NCBI GenBank assembly: GCA_944390205.1
Contig: CALXPF010000002.1
Span: 1-49,746, forward strand
Source of the DNA: an uncultured Alphaproteobacteria bacterium
Lineage (GTDB): Bacteria > Pseudomonadota > Alphaproteobacteria > CAAHEQ01 > UBA3637
Reading direction: 5' to 3'
Length of the DNA stretch: 49,746 nucleotides
Under the pieces are notes generated by a model. That model worked only from the letters and a program-made list of their open reading frames with translations. It did no database searches and was not told the DNA's origin. Within the stretch, counting starts at the first letter, position 1; each line of letters begins with the position of its first letter. Positions 16,858 through 24,729 of this stretch are shown in pieces. The position numbers and the translations under genes were made by a program.

Positions 16858-18360
16858 ATGAAAAAACATCTTCTTTTTTTGGCTGTGTCGGTTGTATCCT
16901 TTTCACTTTTAGCAGAAGGATCCTTTGCGGCAATTACCCCGATAGAGGATGAACCGTTTGATTTGTTTTTGCCGGGGTCGGATACATTGGGAACGGTTCA
17001 AGATACGGTTCAGCAGGTTGGGAGTGCCGTGGATAGTGTCAGTGGGGTTGTCGGAAATGTCTCCGGCGTTGCGGATAAGGTTGTCGATGGGGCCGTGAAT
17101 AGCGTGACGGGTTCTGTTTCAAATGTTGTCGGCGGAGCCGTGAATAGCGTGACGGGTTCCGTTTCGAACGCCGTCAGTGGTGCTATCGGTGGGGTGACGG
17201 GCTCTGTTTCGAACGTCGTCAGTGGTACCGTGAGTGGTGTGACGGGTTCCGTTTCGAACGCCGTCAGTGGTGCTATCGGTGGGGTGACGGGCTCTGTTTC
17301 GAACGTTGTTAGCGGTACCGTGAGTGGTGTGACGGGTTCCGTTTCGAACGCCGTTGGCGGTGTCGTGGATAGTGTGACGGGCTCCGTTTCGGGTAGCATC
17401 GGCGGTGTCGTGGATAGTGTGACAGGCTCCGTTTCGGGTAGCATCGGCGGTGTCGTGGATAGTGTGACGGGCTCTGTTTCGGGTAGTATCGGCGGTGTCG
17501 TGGATAGTGTGACGGGCTCCGTTTCGGGTAGTATCGGTGGCGCTGTGGATAGTGTGACGGAGGGTATTACCGGCTCGTTGGGAAGTTTGGATCCATCGGG
17601 TGTTATGGATAGTATTGATGAGGTTGTTCCGATCTCTGATGTTTACAAGGACTTCTCGGCGGTTTTGGAAGAAATTGGTCCGATGGAGTTTTCTGCCGTC
17701 TCAACGGGTATTCCGACAACGGATAGCGAGGGTACGGTGAAAACCGAAGCACAACAGGTTCAGACGGAAAGTAATAAGGAGGCTCAACTTCAGACGGATG
17801 AAGAAGTTCTCAAACAAAATGAGGCTCTGGCCGGAGACGGTGGATGTGGTACAATTCAAGGAGCCACTCCCACTTCATCGGATGGCAAGACAAAAACTTA
17901 TACAAAGGTTGAGAGCAACGCATATGACTATGTTGAGGAAGAAATACTGAAAAAAGCTGGCGAATCAAAGTTTGCGCCCCCTCAAAAAGATTTTAAAACG
18001 GCGAATTCTTTTGTTCAAAAAGAGTTCTTTTTAACGGAGAAAAATCCTTCATCCGATCAGTTAAATGCGATGTCTTGGAAGCGGTCTCAGTATTTGAATG
18101 AGGTGGCAACAAAGGTTTTGTCCTTAAGTACGGGAATTCGATCTAAATTAAAGACAGATAGTGAATCAATTACGGGGGCCCCGACAAACGGCTGTAACCA
18201 GATTGAGGATATCCAAATTAATACAAAGGCTTCTTTGGCTCGAATTAAACAAACGGTTGCATTGATCGGAATTGGAATCGCCAATGCTGAAGTTCTGACG
18301 ACACAAATGCTTTTGGGACAGCCTCTTGAGTTGATGGCAAAACCGGAAGAGCCGAAGTAA
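16858..18360 (+). CDS. Secreted protein P4 with a 15-aa tandem-repeat array (possible VirB5-like ends)
   Basis: The signal peptide is 'MKKHLLFLAVSVVSFSLLAEGSFA|AI'. Ten 15-residue units follow ('VTGSVSN(A/V)VSG(A/T)(I/V)(G/S)G', 'VTGSVSGSIGGVVDS'). The C-terminal helical domain ends '...AEVLTTQMLLGQPLELMA'. Confidence 0.8.
   Translation: MKKHLLFLAVSVVSFSLLAEGSFAAITPIEDEPFDLFLPGSDTLGTVQDTVQQVGSAVDSVSGVVGNVSGVADKVVDGAVNSVTGSVSNVVGGAVNSVTGSVSNAVSGAIGGVTGSVSNVVSGTVSGVTGSVSNAVSGAIGGVTGSVSNVVSGTVSGVTGSVSNAVGGVVDSVTGSVSGSIGGVVDSVTGSVSGSIGGVVDSVTGSVSGSIGGVVDSVTGSVSGSIGGAVDSVTEGITGSLGSLDPSGVMDSIDEVVPISDVYKDFSAVLEEIGPMEFSAVSTGIPTTDSEGTVKTEAQQVQTESNKEAQLQTDEEVLKQNEALAGDGGCGTIQGATPTSSDGKTKTYTKVESNAYDYVEEEILKKAGESKFAPPQKDFKTANSFVQKEFFLTEKNPSSDQLNAMSWKRSQYLNEVATKVLSLSTGIRSKLKTDSESITGAPTNGCNQIEDIQINTKASLARIKQTVALIGIGIANAEVLTTQMLLGQPLELMAKPEEPK
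17104..17553 (+). repeat. Perfectly phased 45-bp tandem repeat, 10 copies, in frame within P4
   Basis: 'gtgacgg' recurs at 17104, 17149, 17194, 17239, 17284, 17329, 17374, 17419, 17464 and 17509, with a degenerate copy at 17554. The spacing is exactly 45 bp. Copies 2/4 and 3/5 form a 90-bp higher-order unit, and copies 7-10 are near identical. Confidence 0.95.
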
Positions 18361-18373
18361 AGGAGGAGTTGCT

Positions 18374-19504
18374 ATGATGAAAAAAACGTATCTTGTATTG
18401 CCGGCATTCTTACTTCTCTTGTTTCCTCTGAGGGGTGAGGCAGTTTGTACCACGCTGAAATGTATTTTAGAAGCCGGAAGCGGAACGCCTATTTCCGATA
18501 TTTCTAAACAGGCTCAGGATTATGTTAAGCAATATCAGTTGCAGGTAACGGAGAAATTGACGGATATTCAATCTATTCTTGAGGGGACCCAAAAGGATAT
18601 GATTAACATGTTGCCGAGTGTTCAGGATGTCAAATCAAAATTGCCGGATATTCCTTCCTTGCCGGACGGATCAATCGTCTCTTCCACTATTTCCAATTAT
18701 ATCGATCAGGGAGCGGAAAATATGCGGGATGTTATTGAAAGTCAGGGAGAGGCTTTCGTCAATAAATACTGGAGAGAGGATCAACAGAGTGCCTCAAGCG
18801 GGGGGGGATCTTCTTCAGCGTCCGGTAATTCCGGATCGACAAGCGGATCGTCTTCAACATCCGGAAATGTCGGAACGACCGGTGGAACTTCAACGACTGC
18901 GGGAACGGCCGGAACAACCACCGGAACAACGGGCACAACCGCGGGAACAACCGGAACAACAGCCGGGACGACCGGTACAGCATCACAAGCGGGGGTTCAG
19001 GCATCTCAAACAGCCGAAAATATTGTCGGATCCGTTTCCGATAAAGGCATTAACAGTACCGCAGATACCGTTGATAAAAACATGTCGGAGAATGCTCAGA
19101 ACTTAATTGAGCGAGAAGAAAAGGGCGGTTTGAAAAATGAAACATATGCTCGTCAAATGCGAATGTATGAAGAACAACAAGCCGTGATTAAAAATATGGC
19201 TCGTGTTTTGATTTTAAAAGATCAACTCGAAAAATTGGCTAAAATGGTGGAAGAGTTGGAAGATTCTCTGTCTGTCAGCACACCCAATAAATATGCGGGA
19301 GTTATCTTGGATTCCACACAATTGCAAGGAACGGATAAAGTGTCGGCCATTAAGGAGAATATAGCCGTGCGGTTGGTCGAATATCAGTTGACAATGTTGT
19401 TGCAACAAATTTGGGCGTTTAGCTTAGAGCTACAAGCAGATCAACAACTGGCTTCAATTCCTTCAATCAGAAACATTAAAACATTGACAGAAACATTTGA
19501 ATAA
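18374..19504 (+). CDS. Secreted protein P5: helical ends around a Ser/Gly then Thr/Gly-rich core (possible VirB5-like)
   Basis: AGGAGG lies upstream. The signal peptide is '...LLLLFPLRGEA|VC'. The core is 'SSGGGSSSASGNSGSTSGSSSTSGNVGTTGGTSTTAGTAGTTTGTTGTTAGTTGTTAGTTGTAS'. The C-terminal coiled part ends '...LLQQIWAFSLELQADQQLAS'. Confidence 0.75.
   Translation: MMKKTYLVLPAFLLLLFPLRGEAVCTTLKCILEAGSGTPISDISKQAQDYVKQYQLQVTEKLTDIQSILEGTQKDMINMLPSVQDVKSKLPDIPSLPDGSIVSSTISNYIDQGAENMRDVIESQGEAFVNKYWREDQQSASSGGGSSSASGNSGSTSGSSSTSGNVGTTGGTSTTAGTAGTTTGTTGTTAGTTGTTAGTTGTASQAGVQASQTAENIVGSVSDKGINSTADTVDKNMSENAQNLIEREEKGGLKNETYARQMRMYEEQQAVIKNMARVLILKDQLEKLAKMVEELEDSLSVSTPNKYAGVILDSTQLQGTDKVSAIKENIAVRLVEYQLTMLLQQIWAFSLELQADQQLASIPSIRNIKTLTETFE
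18872..18980 (+). repeat. Degenerate short in-frame repeats (ggaaca/acg/acc units) encoding (T/A)GTT runs
   Basis: The sequence is visibly reiterated: 'ggaacaaccaccggaacaacgggcacaaccgcgggaacaaccggaacaacagccgggacgaccggtaca'. It is imperfect, with a period of about 12 nt. Confidence 0.6.
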
Positions 19505-19515
19505 GGATGATATTC

Positions 19516-21135
19516 ATGGAATACAGATCTTTTTTTATGCTTACGGTTTCATCGCTTTTGTTATCATCGGTTGCCGTGGCTGAGTCGCCGTTTGTTAAAG
19601 TAGAACGAGTTCCGGCGGCTCAAACTCAGGCGGAAAAGCAAAGTAATTATCAAATTCCGTTGTTGAAAGCGTTGGATTTGCATAATTTAATGGTGTCTCT
19701 CCCTTCTTTTCGTCAATTCCAACAGACGCAAGCGGATGCAAAGGAGCAATTGGACTACCAAAATAAACGATTCGATGATATGACGGCTTGTAATATTCGA
19801 CGACTTGGAAAATATTTCCAAAATCCGGAGGATGTTTGGGAGAAAATGACAAAAACTTATGATGCTCAGGAAAAACAATTGGCCGTTTTCTTGAATTCGG
19901 CACAGCGGTACGATCCCGATCAATTGCCCAATGTGACGCCGGACGATCAAACGATTATTGAACAAAATGCCACATGGACGCTGGGGAAAAATATTTTAAC
20001 GGATGTGTATGCCAATCCCGAAAAATGGGGGACCCCAAAGGGTGGGGTCGGAAAATCTTCGGTTTTCCCGCTTTGGAAAGATCAAAAATATCTCTATGAT
20101 AAAGAGTATAATGATTTTTATGCTCAAATAAATGCGTATTTCGGCGTTTCTGCGGATATACTTCCCCAAATCGGTGATCAGAAGTACGACTATACACAGT
20201 ATGGCGAATTGATTAAAGCGCATGCCGATTATCTGAAAAAAATTAGTGCGAGGGCTCCCCAAAAATTAATGGGAATGCCGGCTTCTTTCAAAACACCTCC
20301 GGTACCGCCCAAACCGCTTCCGCCGGCAGATGAAATCATAAAATATATCGGGGATCCTGAAAAAACAGGACAAGTCTTTCCGGAATGGCCGGAACCATGG
20401 CAAAAATTTATGAAAAGTAATTTTGAGGATTTCAATCCGACGGGGGAAATGGCCCAAGATTTTGTCGGAAAATCACTGCGTCTTAAAGAGAGTGTTCGTA
20501 ATCAAGATGCAACCCTTCAAAATAATCGACTGAATGTTTATCAGGGTATCAAAAAGGAAAGGAGTACGGCTCAAAAGTTGGTCGAAATTACTCAGGCGGA
20601 AGAAAATGATTTGATGAATGTATTGGATTCCAGACTCGCTTCGCACGGCCTCACCATGGAAACACCGAATTTGCTGGATGAAACACAGTATAATCAGGTT
20701 AAAGAGGCTATCCGTGACCGGAAAGAGATGTATTTAAAACAAGCTGAGGAAGAAATGAGTATGCTTCCGAGTTCTTCGGGGGATGGGCAAGAAACATTAT
20801 CCGTGGAAAGTGTTTTATCTATTTCACCGCAAGGTCAGGAAGATGTTTTGGACCAATTAACAAAAGATCGTTCGCTTTATGTAAAAACGGCTGATGCGAT
20901 ACAATCTTCACGTGTGTATCAGGCTCGTCAATTGATTGATGCTCTTAAAACGGATTCGGACGGGCATGTCACTTTATCTCGTCAAAATGCGGGTCAAATC
21001 GATCAATTGATGAAAGAAGCTACCGCAACGGAGGCTTTAAAGAAAGAGATAGAGTCGTTTAATAAAAGAATGAATAAAACCCAAAGAAAAAAATTGGATG
21101 ATATGTGCTTAAACGGAGGAACATATATCCAATGA
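19516..21135 (+). CDS. Secreted hypothetical protein P6 with a Pro-rich segment
   Basis: The track ORF starts at 19507. The ATG at 19516 lies 8 nt after AAGGA and gives the signal peptide 'MEYRSFFMLTVSSLLLSSVAVA|ES'. The protein has an internal 'TPPVPPKPLPP' and a charged helical C-terminal half. No family was recognised. The stop overlaps the next start (ATGA at 21132). Confidence 0.7.
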   Translation: MEYRSFFMLTVSSLLLSSVAVAESPFVKVERVPAAQTQAEKQSNYQIPLLKALDLHNLMVSLPSFRQFQQTQADAKEQLDYQNKRFDDMTACNIRRLGKYFQNPEDVWEKMTKTYDAQEKQLAVFLNSAQRYDPDQLPNVTPDDQTIIEQNATWTLGKNILTDVYANPEKWGTPKGGVGKSSVFPLWKDQKYLYDKEYNDFYAQINAYFGVSADILPQIGDQKYDYTQYGELIKAHADYLKKISARAPQKLMGMPASFKTPPVPPKPLPPADEIIKYIGDPEKTGQVFPEWPEPWQKFMKSNFEDFNPTGEMAQDFVGKSLRLKESVRNQDATLQNNRLNVYQGIKKERSTAQKLVEITQAEENDLMNVLDSRLASHGLTMETPNLLDETQYNQVKEAIRDRKEMYLKQAEEEMSMLPSSSGDGQETLSVESVLSISPQGQEDVLDQLTKDRSLYVKTADAIQSSRVYQARQLIDALKTDSDGHVTLSRQNAGQIDQLMKEATATEALKKEIESFNKRMNKTQRKKLDDMCLNGGTYIQ

Positions 21136-21773
21136 GTTCGCAAGAATTATCTCGACGTGTTTTAGGGAAAAAAGGAAGTTCCGAGTTCTTAGCCAAGTTC
21201 TGGATGATTGTTGCGGCTGTTATCATCGCATTCAATTTATTGATTGTCTTAACATTGTTGCAAATGGCTCCGCGTCTAAAAGTTATTTCTCAAATATTGA
21301 CTTCTCCGATGAATTCTAATCAGTTGATTCAAGCTGAGCCTTTATCTTCCGATATCGGTGACAAAAAGTTATTGGATGAGATGCTGATTCGATATTATTT
21401 GGAAATGCGGTTATCTTTGTTTGCCGATCAAACGGAATTTAATCGGCGCATAGGTGTTGGCGGACCTGTCTGGTTGCTTTCGAATGCAGAGGTTTATCGA
21501 CAATTTTTAAGGGGGTTCGGAGAAGAGGCTACTCAACTTCGGAATCTCTCTTATACGGAAAGTGTCGATATACATCGAATCAGCCGTTTGGGAAATACAT
21601 TTACGGTCGAGTTTGATGTGGTTCGCCTCCTCGGAAGCACGATTTCACGAGAAAGCAAAGTAGCCATCATTGAGATTATACATGACCCTTCCAGACGTGT
21701 TTTCAGAACTACTTTTGCAAATCCGTACGGATTAACCGTTGTTAAATATAACGAGTCAAAGAAAAAGCAATAA
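21132..21773 (+). CDS. virB8: VirB8-like T4SS inner-membrane protein, copy 1
   Basis: It has a short cytoplasmic N-terminus, one TM helix ('FWMIVAAVIIAFNLLIVLTLL') and a periplasmic domain with VirB8-like landmarks ('EMLIRYYLEMRLS', C-terminal 'NPYGLTVVKYNES'). It is a paralogue of the 22052 gene. Confidence 0.7.
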   Translation: MSSQELSRRVLGKKGSSEFLAKFWMIVAAVIIAFNLLIVLTLLQMAPRLKVISQILTSPMNSNQLIQAEPLSSDIGDKKLLDEMLIRYYLEMRLSLFADQTEFNRRIGVGGPVWLLSNAEVYRQFLRGFGEEATQLRNLSYTESVDIHRISRLGNTFTVEFDVVRLLGSTISRESKVAIIEIIHDPSRRVFRTTFANPYGLTVVKYNESKKKQ

Positions 21774-21814
21774 GAGTTCATTTTTTTATTGGATAAATAA
21801 AAATAATATGCTAT

Positions 21815-21835
21815 ATGTTAACATTAGGTTAACAT
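21815..21835. promoter_or_regulatory. 21-bp inverted repeat (candidate operator) in the virB8-1/lipoprotein spacer
   Basis: 'atgttaac-attag-gttaacat' has perfect 8-bp arms. It is preceded by the AT-rich 'aaaataatatgctatat' and lies about 20 nt upstream of the lipoprotein ATG. Confidence 0.25.
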
Positions 21836-21853
21836 CTTAAGAAAGGAAACCCT

Positions 21854-22030
21854 ATGAAAAAGCATTTATTCTTATTGAGCGTCTTGGCCGTTTTGGCCTT
21901 GGTGGCGTGCGGTTCTGTTTACGAAAAAGAAACGGTTGGTATCGGCCCTGACTATTCTGAGTTAAAGAAGTCTCCGTGCGCTTGTTTGGAGTTAAAAAGA
22001 GTTCCAAAAACAGTCTCTTGGATTTCTTAA
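21854..22030 (+). CDS. Small lipoprotein in the VirB7 position (58 aa, not in the ORF track)
   Basis: An ATG at 21854 follows 'gaaaggaaa'. The translation is 'MKKHLFLLSVLAVLALVAC|GSVYEKETVGIGPDYSELKKSPCACLELKRVPKTVSWIS' with a lipobox L-V-A-C, and the stop is at 22028..22030. It sits between two VirB8 paralogues, as rvhB7 does in Rickettsiales. Confidence 0.6.
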   Translation: MKKHLFLLSVLAVLALVACGSVYEKETVGIGPDYSELKKSPCACLELKRVPKTVSWIS

Positions 22031-22051
22031 TCGACAGGGGAATTTAACAGA

Positions 22052-22759
22052 ATGACTGTTGATACGACTCATTCAGAAGAAGAAATACGCGGAATGGAGA
22101 GTGATATCTCCGAAGAAGCCGTTAAAGAGCGGCGATATCTTTGGATGGCTCGAACGTTTGCGTTGGTTTGTGTCGTTTCGTTTTTGGCAACACTTATCTT
22201 GTTGAGCGCGTTGTTTTCTCTTCTTCCGATTGTTCGGGTTCAGCCCTTTTATTTAAGCACAATGGATAAGGATCAACAAATTATCAGTATTCAAAGACCT
22301 AATTATGCAGAATTGGATATGAATTTGTTGACGGAGTCATTCATCAGACAGTATCTGTTGTCTCGATTAACGGTGGGTACTAATATTCCGGAGTTGGAGC
22401 GTCGCTGGGGAATTGACGGAAATGTGAACTGGATGAGTGAGTCCTCTGTTTTTCAAGAGTTTGCTCGTACGGCCAATCTTCTTTTAGAACAGGCGCGAAA
22501 AGAGGGCTTGACGCGGAATGTTAAAATTTTGGTTGTTTCGCCGTATCGTTCCGAAGGCGAGGGCGTTAATGTGTGGCGTGCCGAAATCGAGTTGACGGAT
22601 ATGAAACAGGGAGACAGTCAGCCGACAAAATCCAAATGGTTGGTTGTCATGCAGGTGGCTTTTCGTCCGACAAGGCCGGGATTAACGTGGGATCAACGAT
22701 TAAAAAATCCACTTGGATTTACTGTCTTGAAGTTTGGAATTCAAGCCTTGCCGTCTTAA
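22052..22759 (+). CDS. virB8: VirB8-like T4SS inner-membrane protein, copy 2
   Basis: It has one TM helix ('FALVCVVSFLATLILLSALFSLL') followed by 'PIVRVQPFYL', 'SFIRQYLLSRLT' and C-terminal 'KNPLGFTVLKFG'. These parallel Agrobacterium VirB8 'VPLSRLVPVYLW', 'SLWEYVRLRESY' and 'TNPGGLVVTSYQ'. Confidence 0.75.
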   Translation: MTVDTTHSEEEIRGMESDISEEAVKERRYLWMARTFALVCVVSFLATLILLSALFSLLPIVRVQPFYLSTMDKDQQIISIQRPNYAELDMNLLTESFIRQYLLSRLTVGTNIPELERRWGIDGNVNWMSESSVFQEFARTANLLLEQARKEGLTRNVKILVVSPYRSEGEGVNVWRAEIELTDMKQGDSQPTKSKWLVVMQVAFRPTRPGLTWDQRLKNPLGFTVLKFGIQALPS

Positions 22760-22872
22760 CGTGAAAAAAGGTTGAAAAAAGTCGGATGGGTGTCATTTTT
22801 TTGTAGACTTTATAGTGTGTTTTGTTTTATTCTAAAGGAAACATTTTTTATATTAACAAGGAGAAAGAATGA

Positions 22873-24702
22873 ATGTTAAAAGGAAAATTTCGTAAATTAA
22901 ATTGGTTGGGGGCGACAAGCTTAGTTATTTTGTTAAGTGTTGCGGCGCAAGCTCAACAAATGTTGCCGGCTGATGTAGAGGCCGGTCAGCTCAGCGATGC
23001 CATAGCTCAAACAACCGGAGAGTTTGATCAAGTGAATTTAAATTACATTCATTCGTTGGGAATGCAACAAAAGGCATGGAATGATCCGTTGTCTCATTTG
23101 GGGGAGGGACAGACCAAACCGGGATATTCAAAATATTTGTGGTCTCCGGATGTTGTTTTGCCCATTCGTTTGCGAGAGGGGATGATGACGCTTATTAACT
23201 TCCCGACATGGGAGTTGATTGAAAAAGTTCATATCGGTTCTCCCGAATCTTTCGGCGGTGAAATTGCCGCACCGAATTCTCTCCTTGTTTATGCGGATCC
23301 GTCTTATATTGGTGTAGATAGCAATATGATTGTTTTTGGTCGATCCGGAAATCGGTATGTGTTTTATTTGAGAAGTGAAACGTACAATACGGATAAAATT
23401 ACACAATCGGTTGTCGATGTTTTGGTGGGCCCCAAATATACACCGGTTGAAAACGGAGGAAAACTCGGAAATTTTAACGGAGCCACGATCACAGCCTCTT
23501 CCAATACGTCAGTAAGCGGATCGGCTGCTCCGGGATGGGCAGGTCGTGGCTCTCAGAATCCTCAAATCGGCTTAAACACGGCATCAACGGGACCGAAAGA
23601 TTGGTTAAAATCGATACCGGTGGATCCGGAAAGTTTCCGGTTTGATATTGACATGTATTTGCCGAATCCGGCAGATGTTGATATGGCTCCGGAGAATGTC
23701 TGGCGTGATAATATTTTCACATATATTGACATGGGACCTAAAGCCCTAACGATGACGCAACGTCCGATTGTTAATTTGATCGTTCAAGATACGGAGGTTC
23801 CCGTCGGGTTTAGAACGAGGGGACCGAACAGCCGTTTAATCGTGGTGGAAGCTATCGGTGATTTGGTTTTGAGAAACGGTAAAAAAATTATTTGCTTGAA
23901 GCTCAGACGGGATCCTGCTTCCGGATTGGAGTATATTGATTATAGCGGATCTCAGGGACAGTCTGCTTCGTGGAGCGGAAAACCGTCGACTCAAAATAAT
24001 GCAGATTCAACTGGGGCGAACGGAGCTTCCGGTGCAATGGGCGGGAGCGATTCTCTCATGGGGGCCGGTGATTCTTCAATGACCGCCGGATCTTCTGTTA
24101 TGTCTCAATCTTCATTATCCGCGTCTCAGTCAATGAGCGGATACGCCGAGGGAATGAATGCGGATGGAACGTTTAAAGCTCAATTCCCCATGACAATGGA
24201 TGGGCAGACGATTACGCCGGACATGATGTCGGGCGGTGCCGCCGGAATTAATGCTGAGTTCGTCAACTCGTATCCGTCGTTTGTCTATACACAGGAGATG
24301 GCTCCCATTCAGGGAATTCCGGCAGAAGTTAAAAATTCTCCGTCGGCATCTTCCGGTATTGTCGGCGTGATGAATCAAATTACGACTTCAAAGTCTTCTG
24401 CGGGTTCGACATCTTCCGATGTCAGAACGTTTATCAGTGATAAAGAAACAATTTCCGTTGAATTGGGAACGCATGCCAGTATGGCCGAGCTTGAGACAAT
24501 TTGGGATAGCATTTATTCTAAAAACCAAGATTTGTTAAAAGGATATGAACCATATTATTCCGTTGATGCAACGGCAGACGGAGACGTGCGTGAATTGTTC
24601 CGGTTGCGGATCGGCCCGATGAAGAATGTAAAAACGGCTGATACTTTGTGTCAAAAGTTGGGACGCCGTGGGTTTACATGTTCAGTTGTACGGGTTCAAT
24701 AA
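22873..24702 (+). CDS. virB9: VirB9-like T4SS outer-membrane core protein with a long disordered linker and C-terminal SPOR-like domain
   Basis: The signal peptide is '...LVILLSVAAQA|QQ'. The VirB9/TrbG N-domain pattern is present ('YLWSPDVVLPIRLREGMMTLINFPTWELIEKVHIGSPESF...NSLLVYADP...NMIVFGRSGNRYVFYL'). The C-domain pattern is also present ('FRFDIDMY...MAPENVWRDNIFTYIDMG...PIVNLIV...LIVVEAIGDLVLRNGKKIICLK'). A Ser/Gly/Met-rich stretch follows, and then 'FRLRIGPMKNVKTADTLCQKLGRRGFTCSVVRV' (SPOR-like). Confidence 0.75.
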   Translation: MLKGKFRKLNWLGATSLVILLSVAAQAQQMLPADVEAGQLSDAIAQTTGEFDQVNLNYIHSLGMQQKAWNDPLSHLGEGQTKPGYSKYLWSPDVVLPIRLREGMMTLINFPTWELIEKVHIGSPESFGGEIAAPNSLLVYADPSYIGVDSNMIVFGRSGNRYVFYLRSETYNTDKITQSVVDVLVGPKYTPVENGGKLGNFNGATITASSNTSVSGSAAPGWAGRGSQNPQIGLNTASTGPKDWLKSIPVDPESFRFDIDMYLPNPADVDMAPENVWRDNIFTYIDMGPKALTMTQRPIVNLIVQDTEVPVGFRTRGPNSRLIVVEAIGDLVLRNGKKIICLKLRRDPASGLEYIDYSGSQGQSASWSGKPSTQNNADSTGANGASGAMGGSDSLMGAGDSSMTAGSSVMSQSSLSASQSMSGYAEGMNADGTFKAQFPMTMDGQTITPDMMSGGAAGINAEFVNSYPSFVYTQEMAPIQGIPAEVKNSPSASSGIVGVMNQITTSKSSAGSTSSDVRTFISDKETISVELGTHASMAELETIWDSIYSKNQDLLKGYEPYYSVDATADGDVRELFRLRIGPMKNVKTADTLCQKLGRRGFTCSVVRVQ

Positions 24703-24729
24703 GAAAATAAAAGAAAAAATAGGACGACC

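Noticed and set aside
17010-17444. 144-aa minus-strand ORF ('ETEPVTL...' repeats) opposite P4
   Set aside because: It is the antisense reading of the 45-bp tandem array. It stays open only because the repeat unit has no stop in that frame, and there is no start context.
17104-17553. A regular 45-bp repeat array could superficially suggest a CRISPR
   Set aside because: The units are directly adjacent with no unique spacers. They are in frame within a long ORF and encode a coherent 15-aa peptide repeat. No cas genes or leader are present.
18618-19106. 162-aa plus-frame ORF and 81-aa minus-strand ORF overlapping P5
   Set aside because: These are frame shadows of the Thr/Gly-rich repeat tract. 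The P5 frame carries the RBS, signal peptide and conserved C-terminal helix.
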